A stretch of DNA of 64,000 bases from a virus (IMGVR_UViG_3300044630_004720), one strand, 5' to 3'. Shown: positions 49,643 to 59,224, numbered from the stretch's first letter. The notes: generated by a model from the sequence alone, not told the origin. Numbers and translations: made by a program.

Positions 49643-49643
49643 T

Positions 49644-50231
49644 ATGGGATTTGATATAGGAGGAAAAATATTATCGTCAGAATTAGTAACACCAGATGGT
49701 ACTCTCTATGCTCAGAGATTTAGAAGAGTGACTGCCAATATGATTGATGCAGTAAATACGTCAGGTACGTCAAGTATTAACTCTTCAGGTAACGATTCAA
49801 ATGGATACTATAGATTAAATTTCCAACATAGTAACAGTGGTTGTGATAGTAGTGGGTTTGCAATAAAAATAAAAAGAGATATTGAATGGTCATTTTTAAT
49901 GTGTGATTTTTATATGGAAGGAGGAGCATCCTGTTGGAATTTTAACGCTGATGGATATTCACCATCTTCAGGTATGTTGACTTGGGATGCTAATAGTGGT
50001 GATTTATTTATGGATGCATTCAATTCATTTGAATTGCCTCAGTACACCAAAAAATCAAACGCCTGTGATAATGAACCAACTAATTTTATGCACGGAGGAT
50101 ATCTTACAGGTAGTAATAGGGGGTTTACAATGTTATCAAGAAGAAACGGAACATCATATGCGGGACCAACACACGGAAGGGCTTGTAATGGTTCAGGAAT
50201 AACAATAGTATCAAACATTATAATTTTTTAA
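49644..50231 (+). CDS. Hypothetical fibre-associated protein
   Basis: Start re-set to MGFDIGGKILSS. The N-terminus resembles those of neighbouring head proteins. Gly/Ser/Cys-containing beta-rich body. Confidence 0.55.
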   Translation: MGFDIGGKILSSELVTPDGTLYAQRFRRVTANMIDAVNTSGTSSINSSGNDSNGYYRLNFQHSNSGCDSSGFAIKIKRDIEWSFLMCDFYMEGGASCWNFNADGYSPSSGMLTWDANSGDLFMDAFNSFELPQYTKKSNACDNEPTNFMHGGYLTGSNRGFTMLSRRNGTSYAGPTHGRACNGSGITIVSNIIIF

Positions 50232-50233
50232 GT

Positions 50234-50440
50234 ATGGGTTACGTAATTTTAAAACAACTTTTACCGGTAATTGAGGGTGATGATAATTTTAATTACATAG
50301 ATAAATGTAGTTGTATTGATAATGATGAAATTTTTTGTTACAATACAGAAGAAGAAGCGTTAAACAAAATAACAGAATTACAAACCGATGAGAGATATGT
50401 CGGTAGAAATTTTAAAATAGTAGAAAGAGAATGCCATTAA
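50234..50440 (+). CDS. Small acidic protein, 68 aa
   Basis: Contains CYNTEEEALNKI, similar to 7948-8127 and 48746-48883. Confidence 0.7.
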   Translation: MGYVILKQLLPVIEGDDNFNYIDKCSCIDNDEIFCYNTEEEALNKITELQTDERYVGRNFKIVERECH

Positions 50441-51618
50441 ACCTTAGTGGAAATATTGTTTTATCTAAGTCTATAGACGGCTCTGGTACACAAATGTCAG
50501 GAGTAGTTAGAGACGGTTTAGTTTTGTATTTGGATGCTGGAAATAGTAACAGTTATTCAACTACAAGAACATTTGTCGCAGCTAGAATATACTCAGTGTT
50601 TAGTGGATTAAGGTCAGCCAATTACTCAGTACAATGGAGTGATGATAATTCGAATTGGACAACCGCTTTTAGTGGTGTTATGTCAAATAATTCCGACTTT
50701 GGTGTCCAAACGGGAACCATAACAAGTTCATCTCCAACACCACCACATAGATATTGGAGATACGTGGAAGGAAGTGCGGTTAACTCACACCACCCAAGAG
50801 TATCGAGAATTATGTTGGTTACCAATTCAGGTGATGAGACAACATTAATCAGATACACAGACGATAATCAAAGTGATTCAGGGACATATATTGTTGGTAC
50901 GGTTGGTATTGATTATGCTTCTGTATGGACTGATTTAACTTTAAACGGTTTAAATTTTAATATAAACTCGGGAGCATATAATTCCACTGGTCCAAAGTAT
51001 ATGGATTTTAATGGAAGTTATGGGTGTGCAAAAAACGATAGTGATATTTCACTTAGTGACACGAATGGAGTAACATACATTGTTTGGACAAGGGTAAAGA
51101 ACTCAACCTCAGAATGGAGAACACTAACAAGGTCATATGTAAGTGACCACCACGTCATTATCCAAGCCGGTGCTTGGGATATTGGTATATACGATAACGA
51201 TAGTGTGGGATTCATTGATAGTGGATACGACCAAACGTCATTACCTGGTTACAATACGGGTGTTTGGAATATGATGGCTTTTAGATTTAGACCATCATCA
51301 CCACATTATATAGTATCAATAAATAACTCACACGAAACTTATAGAGGTACAATAGCAAATGAAAATGCAAGATACAACAGAGGTTTTGGTAGTATAGGTG
51401 CATACCATAATGGGAATACATCAGTTAATAGTGCTTCACAATATTGGGGAGACATAGGTATTTTTCAAGTATATAATAGAGAACTATCATATAGAGAATT
51501 AAATCAGAATTATTACGCGACGGTCAATAGATTCGGTTCAAATTATTATGATTGTGGGTATGGTTGTCAATACTATACGTATAATCCGAGTTGTACCGCT
51601 TGTAATCCTGTATCTTAA
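50431..51618 (+). CDS. LamG-like protein with inserted discoidin (F5/8C)-like segment and C-terminal YYDCGYG module
   Basis: DGLVLYLDAGNSNSY; insert YSVQWSDDNSNWT...HRYWRY; GDIGIFQVYNREL; ends NYYDCGYGCQYYTYNPSCTAC. Confidence 0.7.
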   Translation: MPLNLSGNIVLSKSIDGSGTQMSGVVRDGLVLYLDAGNSNSYSTTRTFVAARIYSVFSGLRSANYSVQWSDDNSNWTTAFSGVMSNNSDFGVQTGTITSSSPTPPHRYWRYVEGSAVNSHHPRVSRIMLVTNSGDETTLIRYTDDNQSDSGTYIVGTVGIDYASVWTDLTLNGLNFNINSGAYNSTGPKYMDFNGSYGCAKNDSDISLSDTNGVTYIVWTRVKNSTSEWRTLTRSYVSDHHVIIQAGAWDIGIYDNDSVGFIDSGYDQTSLPGYNTGVWNMMAFRFRPSSPHYIVSINNSHETYRGTIANENARYNRGFGSIGAYHNGNTSVNSASQYWGDIGIFQVYNRELSYRELNQNYYATVNRFGSNYYDCGYGCQYYTYNPSCTACNPVS

Positions 51619-51620
51619 TA

Positions 51621-51649
51621 TTGACTTTTAAACTATTTTTATTTATAAT
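51621..51649 (+). promoter_or_regulatory. Near-consensus sigma70 promoter
   Basis: TTGACT-N17-TATAAT, 6 nt upstream of the ATG at 51656. Confidence 0.8.
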
Positions 51650-51655
51650 TAAATT

Positions 51656-52111
51656 ATGGAAAAAGTAAAACTATCGTTAAAGGACGCTTTACAATTAGAA
51701 AGCGAATTAAATGGTTTGGTTAATCAACAAACCGGGGAAATTATTTATGAAGGGTTTTTAAAGCAAAACCTATCCATCATTAAGAAATACGAACTAAAGG
51801 AAACTGTGGACTTTCTTCAAAATGAAAGAAAGAAAGTAAATGAACTTAAAGATGAGTTAATAAAAAAACACGGAGAAGATGACGGCAAAGGCGGTCTTAT
51901 GGTTAGAACGTTTGACGAGGTCGTAGATGATAAGGGTCTTGTTATTAGTAGAAAGTTTAATGAAAAGTATCTTGAGTTTGATAAAGAATATGCAGAGCTA
52001 CTAAAAAAGGAAATTGAATTTGATGTTCCTGAGGTTACTAAAGAAGACCTTATAAGAGCAGGAGAAACACAAGATGATTACATTGTCTTATTTAAGTTAG
52101 TAAAAAAATAA
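51656..52111 (+). CDS. Hypothetical charged helical protein
   Basis: 151-aa ORF with its own promoter and terminator. Confidence 0.7.
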   Translation: MEKVKLSLKDALQLESELNGLVNQQTGEIIYEGFLKQNLSIIKKYELKETVDFLQNERKKVNELKDELIKKHGEDDGKGGLMVRTFDEVVDDKGLVISRKFNEKYLEFDKEYAELLKKEIEFDVPEVTKEDLIRAGETQDDYIVLFKLVKK

Positions 52112-52131
52112 AGGAGATTTAAATCTCCTTT
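52110..52131. terminator. Perfect 22-bp palindrome at the convergence point, probable bidirectional terminator
   Basis: aaaggagatttaaatctccttt overlaps both stop codons and is flanked by A and T runs. Confidence 0.8.
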
Positions 52132-53222
52132 TTTATTTCTATTAACATATTACCTATTTGATATTCACCTGGTTCGTAGTATGGTACGGATAACCTCAAT
52201 TTCGTTAACACCTCTATATCTGAATTAGTAAATGGTGCAGTTTCATAAACCATCACATCCACATTATCTGTAAAAGTAAATTTGGTTCTTAAATCATATC
52301 TAGTATTTTTCTGTTCATTAGATATGTATTCCTCTGGTATCTCACCACCAACGTTTAATTTATCGAAGAAAGGTTCAATCTGAAATAATCTTGACTTGCC
52401 ACCAGTGAAACCCATATCGAATATTTTATATTCGAACTTACTATCTTCCCAATATCTTTGTTCGTGAAAGGCTGAGAAAGGTAATCCCCATTTTCTCACA
52501 AAGTTTCTATTGGAATTAAATTCATATTGTGTTCTATTTGATTTATACTCCTCACTAAATCTTGACGTTTGAGAAACAAAATGATAAGTAATTGCACAAT
52601 CAGTTGTCTTGATTCTATATCCTTTAATTTTTGCTCTGAGTAAGAAATCATCATCTTCACAAAACGCAGGAACAAATGTAAATCCATCGAACCCACCTAC
52701 ATCATCGAATAATTTTTTGTATCCACTCATAAAGAATACACCACCATCGTGTAATGTCTTCCTATCTTTATTAAGTTCAACATATTGTTCGAATAAACTA
52801 TGGTTGAAATTATCAAATGAATCACCTAAGTCCATAAGAACCTTGCCCGGTCTTAAATGGCCTTTAAACACTGGTGGTTCTATTGTTGTGTAACATAACA
52901 ACAAATCTTCTTCCAACATATTATCGAGGTTCTCTAAAAAGTATTTCCCGATAACCATATCGTTATGAATCAAGACACACTTTTCAGTATCAACTAACTT
53001 AATAGCTGCATTGTATGTTTCGGAGAAAGTTAATCTATCATCATCGTGAATAAAAGATAGATGGTCATCTTCTAAAGATTCTAACCATTCCTTTGTTCCA
53101 TCATCTGAACCACCACTACTAATAACTAATGGTGCCAATGGATATATTTCTCTTATCCTTTGATAACATTTTTGTGTTAAGTCTAATTTATTATATACTG
53201 ATAGTACTAGTGTTATATTCAT
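52119..53222 (-). CDS. GT2 family glycosyltransferase
   Basis: SSGGSDDGT, LIHNDM, GGFDG..F...CEDDDF..R, YHFVSQT. Confidence 0.85.
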   Translation of the reverse strand: MNITLVLSVYNKLDLTQKCYQRIREIYPLAPLVISSGGSDDGTKEWLESLEDDHLSFIHDDDRLTFSETYNAAIKLVDTEKCVLIHNDMVIGKYFLENLDNMLEEDLLLCYTTIEPPVFKGHLRPGKVLMDLGDSFDNFNHSLFEQYVELNKDRKTLHDGGVFFMSGYKKLFDDVGGFDGFTFVPAFCEDDDFLLRAKIKGYRIKTTDCAITYHFVSQTSRFSEEYKSNRTQYEFNSNRNFVRKWGLPFSAFHEQRYWEDSKFEYKIFDMGFTGGKSRLFQIEPFFDKLNVGGEIPEEYISNEQKNTRYDLRTKFTFTDNVDVMVYETAPFTNSDIEVLTKLRLSVPYYEPGEYQIGNMLIEIKKEI

Positions 53223-53839
53223 TTAATTTTACCGATTTTTGTTGACCACATATATTCATCTTCTCTAGTTATTGGCCATATCTTTGGTTGAAGAATTGTT
53301 GCGGATATCTGTCCACCAACTTTCCAATTGGTTATTTCATATGGTTGTTTACCTGTCTTTTCGAATAACCAATTATCACCATACCATACTTTAATTTCTT
53401 CAGGTATGTGTCTATAAACATTTTTATGAATGAAAAACAAACAAGCGAATCCACCTCTAAATTGATATATTGGTCTTATACCAAAATTACCTCGTTTATA
53501 TTCCCAACAACCTTCTCCTAAACCGATAATACCTTTATCCTCATTAATGTGTTCATAAACTTCATCAATCAAAGAGAAGTCAGTTATAACATCATCATTA
53601 AGGAACATTAACTTATCGTACTTAGCCATTTCAGCTCCTTTATTCCACGCTGGATTAATGTAAGTATTCTTACCTTCTTGGATGTATATTAGTTTAGGTA
53701 TCTCCTCTGTTATGTGATTACCCTCAACTGTATTATCCATTAATATAAATTCACCTACCAGTGGATGATTACAAACTTCTTTAACTCTATCTACTATTCC
53801 ATCGGGTATAAACATTGATGGCATTATAACACTTATCAT
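53219..53839 (-). CDS. GT2-like glycosyltransferase
   Basis: ISVIMP, ILMDN, YINPAWNKG, MFLNDD. Confidence 0.75.
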   Translation of the reverse strand: MISVIMPSMFIPDGIVDRVKEVCNHPLVGEFILMDNTVEGNHITEEIPKLIYIQEGKNTYINPAWNKGAEMAKYDKLMFLNDDVITDFSLIDEVYEHINEDKGIIGLGEGCWEYKRGNFGIRPIYQFRGGFACLFFIHKNVYRHIPEEIKVWYGDNWLFEKTGKQPYEITNWKVGGQISATILQPKIWPITREDEYMWSTKIGKIK

Positions 53840-53842
53840 ATT

Positions 53843-54841
53843 CTATTTTTTAGTTTTCCAAAATGAATAAATTCCTTTATCTAATTCATATGACGGCCAT
53901 ACGAACCTTTCTCTTACAGGTTGTTTCTTTGCCCATTCCCACATCTTTGTTAACCCTTCCTTTAAGTCTGTCTTAAATTCGAAATCTAACAAGTCAATCG
54001 ACTTCTGCCAAGTTGGTATAGAATGTTTAACCTCGTGTCTTTGTTCGTGGTATTGAACAGACCCACCACCAATTACTTCTCTTAAAATTTCATTTGCTTC
54101 ATTGATTGAGTATTCTTTAATTCCACCAAGGTTAATAATTTGTTTACTCGCTCTTGGGTCTTGAGATGCTTTCCACAATGGTTGTAAACTATCATCTATA
54201 TATGAGAATGCTCTGGTTTGATTACCATCCCCGAAGATTGTCATTGGTTCACCAATCATATGTTGATACATCCAAATACCTAATACGTTTCTGTACTTGT
54301 CCCAAATGTTTTGATTAACACCAAACACATTATGTGGACGGATAATACACCAATCCAATCCGTGTTGTTCACCTGCGATTTGTACGTCCATTTCACAACC
54401 GAACTTTGCAACCCCATATGGGTCAATTGGTTTAGGTATTTGAGTTTCATCAAAGATATTACCATCTTGATGACCATACACCGCCAATGTAGATGTGAAC
54501 ACTAAACGTTTAACATTGTGTTTGATACATTGATTTATAATTCTTGCTGTTGCAACTAAATTGTTTTCGTAGTTGTATTGTCTAATGAATGGTGATAAAC
54601 CTTCAGCTGCGTATGCTGCAAAATGATACACATAATCAAACTCGTGAACTTCAAAACAATTCTCAATTGGATGTGTAACTAAATTCATTTGCCAAAATTC
54701 CACTTTTGGATTTACATTTTCCTTGTATCCGCCGCTCAAATCATCAATACCCACAACTTTAACATCGGGATGATTTTCAATTATATAATCCGATAATCTC
54801 GAACCAAGTAAACCAGCAACACCTGTAATTAATACTTTCAT
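53843..54841 (-). CDS. NAD-dependent epimerase/dehydratase (UDP-glucose 4-epimerase-like)
   Basis: VLITGVAGLLG, HFAA, FTST, YGVAK, RPHNVFG. Confidence 0.88.
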   Translation of the reverse strand: MKVLITGVAGLLGSRLSDYIIENHPDVKVVGIDDLSGGYKENVNPKVEFWQMNLVTHPIENCFEVHEFDYVYHFAAYAAEGLSPFIRQYNYENNLVATARIINQCIKHNVKRLVFTSTLAVYGHQDGNIFDETQIPKPIDPYGVAKFGCEMDVQIAGEQHGLDWCIIRPHNVFGVNQNIWDKYRNVLGIWMYQHMIGEPMTIFGDGNQTRAFSYIDDSLQPLWKASQDPRASKQIINLGGIKEYSINEANEILREVIGGGSVQYHEQRHEVKHSIPTWQKSIDLLDFEFKTDLKEGLTKMWEWAKKQPVRERFVWPSYELDKGIYSFWKTKK

Positions 54842-54843
54842 TG

Positions 54844-55464
54844 TTATATGTTTAAATAAAAATTATTTTGACTTTCCTGTCTTTTTATTTCTTTATTGTG
54901 AATCAGACAGAAGTCCTCATCATCGGGTAAAGATGTTATTGTCTCAGCACCCATTATTCTTTCGTGGACTTTACCGAACCACTTTAATTTTTTTCTGAAT
55001 ATTCTACCTTGTCTATCAGGAAAATTTATCCATCCTTTGGTGTTTGTGCTCCACCCCCACTTTCTAAGATGTTCTTCAGTAATTCCCTCCACTCTATTAA
55101 TTCTTGAAAGATAGTATAAATCAACTTCAGGGTTCGCCTCCAAAATTGTTTTAATATTTCTGATAATAACTTCACCAATCATCTCATCGGCATCTAATTG
55201 AAAAATATAATCACCAGTACAATAATCAGATAATTTATTTTTCCACGACGCAAAATCATTATCGAAATCCAATCCCCTCCAAGTCTGAACATTAGGTAAT
55301 TTATTAAATGTTAAAAGATAATCAAGTACTTCTTTACTACCATTTTTCTCATCGAATAATATTACAATTTCATCATCGGCACCCTTATATTGAATTAGGA
55401 AGGGTAATAGCTCTGATATTTCTTTTAGTTCATTACAAACAGTTATTGCGTAACTTAATTTCAT
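54844..55464 (-). CDS. GT2 family glycosyltransferase (WxGxVHE type)
   Basis: YAITVCNE, GDYIFQLDADE, FPDRQGR, WFGKVHE. Confidence 0.8.
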   Translation of the reverse strand: MKLSYAITVCNELKEISELLPFLIQYKGADDEIVILFDEKNGSKEVLDYLLTFNKLPNVQTWRGLDFDNDFASWKNKLSDYCTGDYIFQLDADEMIGEVIIRNIKTILEANPEVDLYYLSRINRVEGITEEHLRKWGWSTNTKGWINFPDRQGRIFRKKLKWFGKVHERIMGAETITSLPDDEDFCLIHNKEIKRQESQNNFYLNI

Positions 55465-55465
55465 A

Positions 55466-55672
55466 TTATGCTCTTTGGTTTTCTCCTCCGTTTATTCTTC
55501 TAGTTAATGTTCTGATTATATCATTATCTATTTCATTTGCAATTTCTTGAGACATTAATCTAACTAGCTCGTCTTCTTCATAAAAGTTTCTTACAATGTC
55601 ATTATTATATTGAACAGTGAAAACTCTTTGTTTTTCTGATATGCCTCTAAAAAATTTAAAATCTCTAAGCAT
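55466..55672 (-). CDS. Small hypothetical protein beginning MLRDFKFFR
   Basis: Start re-set to ATG at 55672, overlapping the upstream gene stop. Confidence 0.55.
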   Translation of the reverse strand: MLRDFKFFRGISEKQRVFTVQYNNDIVRNFYEEDELVRLMSQEIANEIDNDIIRTLTRRINGGENQRA

Positions 55673-55931
55673 TTTGTCTTTCTCTTGCAAATATTTTGAA
55701 AACTCTTTCATTATCATTAAATGTCACATTACCATTTGGTGATGGTGAGATGTGAATATGTAAATCATTAGGACCTCGCCCGAACACTACAGGTTCTTCA
55801 TCATTAAATTGAAAACAAAACTCAACGTTATCAGTTTGGAACGATGGTTGAGAGATTGTGAACTGAGGTTCATAGTCCATTAAATTTATTACTCCTACCG
55901 ATTCTTCATTTCTAAAAAATTTAAAATCTCT
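55646..55931 (-). repeat. 21-bp direct repeat at the 5' ends of two adjacent genes
   Basis: tctaaaaaatttaaaatctct (plus strand) at 55646-55666 and 55911-55931. Confidence 0.9.
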
Positions 55932-55934
55932 CAT
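55665..55934 (-). CDS. Small hypothetical protein beginning MRDFKFFR
   Basis: Coupled to the upstream GT4 stop. Confidence 0.6.
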   Translation of the reverse strand: MRDFKFFRNEESVGVINLMDYEPQFTISQPSFQTDNVEFCFQFNDEEPVVFGRGPNDLHIHISPSPNGNVTFNDNERVFKIFARERQNA

Positions 55935-57184
55935 TACTTAACTTTAGTTAATTTTGGTAGAACCAATTTATGTTCTTTGGGTTGAGTTGTATATGGTTTA
56001 ATGATATCCAAGAACACCTCTTTCATTTTTTCAAGAGAGAATGATTCTTTATTTTCTTGTCTTAAAATTTCTGACTTATCTAAGAATGTTTCGTAATCAC
56101 GTTTAACCAATCTTAAGACTTCCGCAAATTCATTATAGTTAGCGGTAAACCATTTGGAACCTTTGATAATGAAATTATCAATTGCGCTATCGTGAACGTC
56201 GGTTAAAGAACCACCAATCATTACCGCTTTATCCATTGGTAAAAAATCTTTATGTCCCGACCAATTAGATGCCATAATTGGTTTACCTGTCATCGTAAAT
56301 TCCAATAAAGGTCTCCCGAATCCTTCACCCTTTGTGATAGAAACCATTGATTTAATTTTAGGGTGATTGTACAATTCATTCATTTCTGAATTAGTTAACT
56401 CACCAAATAGAAGATAAACCGAAGGTGGATTTTTATATCCCTTAGTTATTTGTTCTATCTTCATTCTCATATTTTCTCTTTCTTTAATTGAGAATGTAGA
56501 TGATGATGTTTTAAGAATTAGTGCTGGTTTATCTTCATCATCTTTAAATGATTCCATAAAACATTTTATCATCATCCCAATGTCTTTTCTGTCCTGACCT
56601 AAGTCACCCTTCAACCAATGACCAACAAAAAGATAACCAAAATCTTCCTTTATATCGATGTCGATACCTTTATATTCATTGTTAAATATAGTAGTATCAA
56701 CACCCTCAAAAAGAACCTCAATAGGTTTTTCTATTTTATATTGTTTTATTAATTTACCAGTATTGTTTTCAGTTTCGTTGTAGACTGTCGATAATAAAAC
56801 ATCTTTTGAGAACTTAGATGTAACAATAATTAAATCCATTCTATTACAACCATCTATCCAATCTTTTGGGGCAACGGTCGTTTCAATACCTGCTGTAATT
56901 CCAATATTAATTTTACCCATTCTTTGAAATTCATTAGGTACTGTAACTTGAACATAGATGTCAGGAGTCTTTGAGAGTTGTGTGATTATATTTGTTTCAA
57001 TCCATTTGTGAAATGGGTTATCACTTTCTAATGCAGTCAATGGAGTTACACCCCAATTACAACTATCAATCTTAATATCAAACAGGTCCATTTCATATAA
57101 CGCCTGTAGTAAATCTCTTGAGTGAGCACCATAACCACTTCTCGTTTTTACCGGTCCTCTAAATAACAATAAGGGTCTCATCAT
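55934..57184 (-). CDS. GT4-like (GT-B) glycosyltransferase
   Basis: SGYGAHSR, TKGEGFGRPLLE, SNWSGHKDF. Confidence 0.85.
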   Translation of the reverse strand: MMRPLLLFRGPVKTRSGYGAHSRDLLQALYEMDLFDIKIDSCNWGVTPLTALESDNPFHKWIETNIITQLSKTPDIYVQVTVPNEFQRMGKINIGITAGIETTVAPKDWIDGCNRMDLIIVTSKFSKDVLLSTVYNETENNTGKLIKQYKIEKPIEVLFEGVDTTIFNNEYKGIDIDIKEDFGYLFVGHWLKGDLGQDRKDIGMMIKCFMESFKDDEDKPALILKTSSSTFSIKERENMRMKIEQITKGYKNPPSVYLLFGELTNSEMNELYNHPKIKSMVSITKGEGFGRPLLEFTMTGKPIMASNWSGHKDFLPMDKAVMIGGSLTDVHDSAIDNFIIKGSKWFTANYNEFAEVLRLVKRDYETFLDKSEILRQENKESFSLEKMKEVFLDIIKPYTTQPKEHKLVLPKLTKVK

Positions 57185-57862
57185 TTATTTTAATTCTTTC
57201 AATATTTTATTTTTTAAATCAATATGGGCTTTAAACCCGGGATGACCATCATTCTTATATTTTTTAGGAAACTCACTGTCTATTGTAAGTTTCTTTTTAG
57301 ATATGTAATCAATCCAAGACGTGTTTTCCAAGTTATTCTTAAAAGGAAATAACAAAACATTGTCTAAACTTATGTTCTCTTCCTTTTGTAAAAATATAAT
57401 GAAATTTTTTGTCTTTTTTGTCTTTTTAAGAAAATTTAATGTATTAATTGGGTTGGTATATGTGAATAAAAATCTTCTATCCTGCCAAGTAATTGTAAAA
57501 TCTAACAATGCAGAAACTTCATCATAAGATAAACCTGAATATGATTCCTCTTTCATCTTATGCTCAATACCAAAATCTGGCAATCCCGCACTTGATACGT
57601 AAGTGTGTATGTTATTTTTATCTTTGAATAATCCTATCCTATTAAAAAAAGTAAATTGGTAAATTACAACATCACCAGTTTTAATTTTATCAAGGTTTGA
57701 GGTTAATGTGTTGAATATTCTTTCATTACAAAATCCAGGTTCGGCGAAATTATTTGATTTGAAACCCAAATCTTTTGCCAATAGGGAACAATAAGTGTCT
57801 TCCCTTTTTACATCTAAATAACCCGAAGAAAATGAACATCCAAAAGACCAAACATTTTTCAT
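57185..57862 (-). CDS. SGNH/GDSL-like protein (copy 4)
   Basis: WSFGCSFSSG, PGFCN, DGHPG. Confidence 0.6.
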   Translation of the reverse strand: MKNVWSFGCSFSSGYLDVKREDTYCSLLAKDLGFKSNNFAEPGFCNERIFNTLTSNLDKIKTGDVVIYQFTFFNRIGLFKDKNNIHTYVSSAGLPDFGIEHKMKEESYSGLSYDEVSALLDFTITWQDRRFLFTYTNPINTLNFLKKTKKTKNFIIFLQKEENISLDNVLLFPFKNNLENTSWIDYISKKKLTIDSEFPKKYKNDGHPGFKAHIDLKNKILKELK

Positions 57863-59220
57863 ACTATCTTATATAAATCAAATCGTTTTCTAGGTTTCCA
57901 TTTTTTTATTGTTTCATCAATTCCTTCAATCATCTTTTTACACATAATCTTTGATGAAAGATTTTTAATCATAAACTTACGGCCCTTTAATCCAATTTCT
58001 TTTCTAACGTCTCTACCATAACCATAGATTTTCATTATTGCATCAGCAACCTCATCATCATTTACTCTATCGTCAAAAATATATGGAGTTGGTACTGACC
58101 CTTGAACATTAATTGCTGATGGCCATACCGGTATAACCCACTCACCTTCTTGAACTAAATGTCTTGATTTTTCTTTGTGGTGTAACGAACCAATAGTTAT
58201 GTAATCGTCTTCAGAAAATTCAAATCCCATTTGGTCTTGTAAACCACCCGTAACATTTGCAAGTATCGGCGTACCCGCCATTAACGATTCTGCAGTTGTT
58301 AAACCGAATCCCTCGTTGTTTGCGATATTGATTGTACAATCAACAAGGTTGTATATTTCATTTAACTTATCTTGTTCTAATTTTACTCCCGTGAATCTAA
58401 CTTCATAGTCAGGACAAAGAGCATCAATTACAGCAGGTAAATCAGTTCCATTTTCATCAACTGCCGCGGTGTGCATTAGTAACAAACATCTATCAGCTTG
58501 CTCCTTTGTTAGTTTATCACAAAATAATTTATAAGAATAGATTACATCGGATGGTTGCTTTCTTCTTATGTTTCTGTTGTTATAAAATAAAATGAAATCA
58601 TATTCCTTTTCACCATAAACTAATTTCTTAATGTCTTCCGAAACTTCCGGTAGAGGTTTAAAAACATCAGGATTAATTCCGTGAGGAACATATTTTATTT
58701 GCCAATCCTCCAAAGGTTTATATGTGACCTTATCAATCATCTTACCGACTCTATGAACGATACCATATGTTTGTTTTGATATACAACCCAACCAATCACA
58801 GCTCTCATATATGTTTCTATTGTATTTTGGGTCAGGTAAATCATCCCATATATGGTAATATAATAACGGAACACGTTGTCTTATTTCGTGTTCATTATCA
58901 TATAACCACTGCCAATAATGTGGGTCGGTAAAATGTAGAATAGCATCTGGTTTTTCAATGTCTAAAAGTTTCCTTAAAGTTTGAATATCACCATACCCGT
59001 TGCTTGGATATATCTTGAGCGATGCATCCTCAACACCTGTCCTTTTTCTTATGTCATCATTTATATCGATAACTTTACCAATTTCAGGGTGTTTAATTGA
59101 TGCACCTAATTGTACCCAATCGTATTTGTGAATAGTCCCAACAACAATTTCTTTAGACATTGTTGATATACCTGATGTCATCCTCAAGTCATCAGACAAT
59201 AACAATATTTTTTTCTTCAT
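57859..59220 (-). CDS. GT4-like (GT-B) glycosyltransferase
   Basis: NRNIRRKQ, NEGFGLTTAESLMAGTP, TGGLQDQ. Start re-set to MKKKILL. Confidence 0.85.
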   Translation of the reverse strand: MKKKILLLSDDLRMTSGISTMSKEIVVGTIHKYDWVQLGASIKHPEIGKVIDINDDIRKRTGVEDASLKIYPSNGYGDIQTLRKLLDIEKPDAILHFTDPHYWQWLYDNEHEIRQRVPLLYYHIWDDLPDPKYNRNIYESCDWLGCISKQTYGIVHRVGKMIDKVTYKPLEDWQIKYVPHGINPDVFKPLPEVSEDIKKLVYGEKEYDFILFYNNRNIRRKQPSDVIYSYKLFCDKLTKEQADRCLLLMHTAAVDENGTDLPAVIDALCPDYEVRFTGVKLEQDKLNEIYNLVDCTINIANNEGFGLTTAESLMAGTPILANVTGGLQDQMGFEFSEDDYITIGSLHHKEKSRHLVQEGEWVIPVWPSAINVQGSVPTPYIFDDRVNDDEVADAIMKIYGYGRDVRKEIGLKGRKFMIKNLSSKIMCKKMIEGIDETIKKWKPRKRFDLYKIV

Positions 59221-59224
59221 TAAA

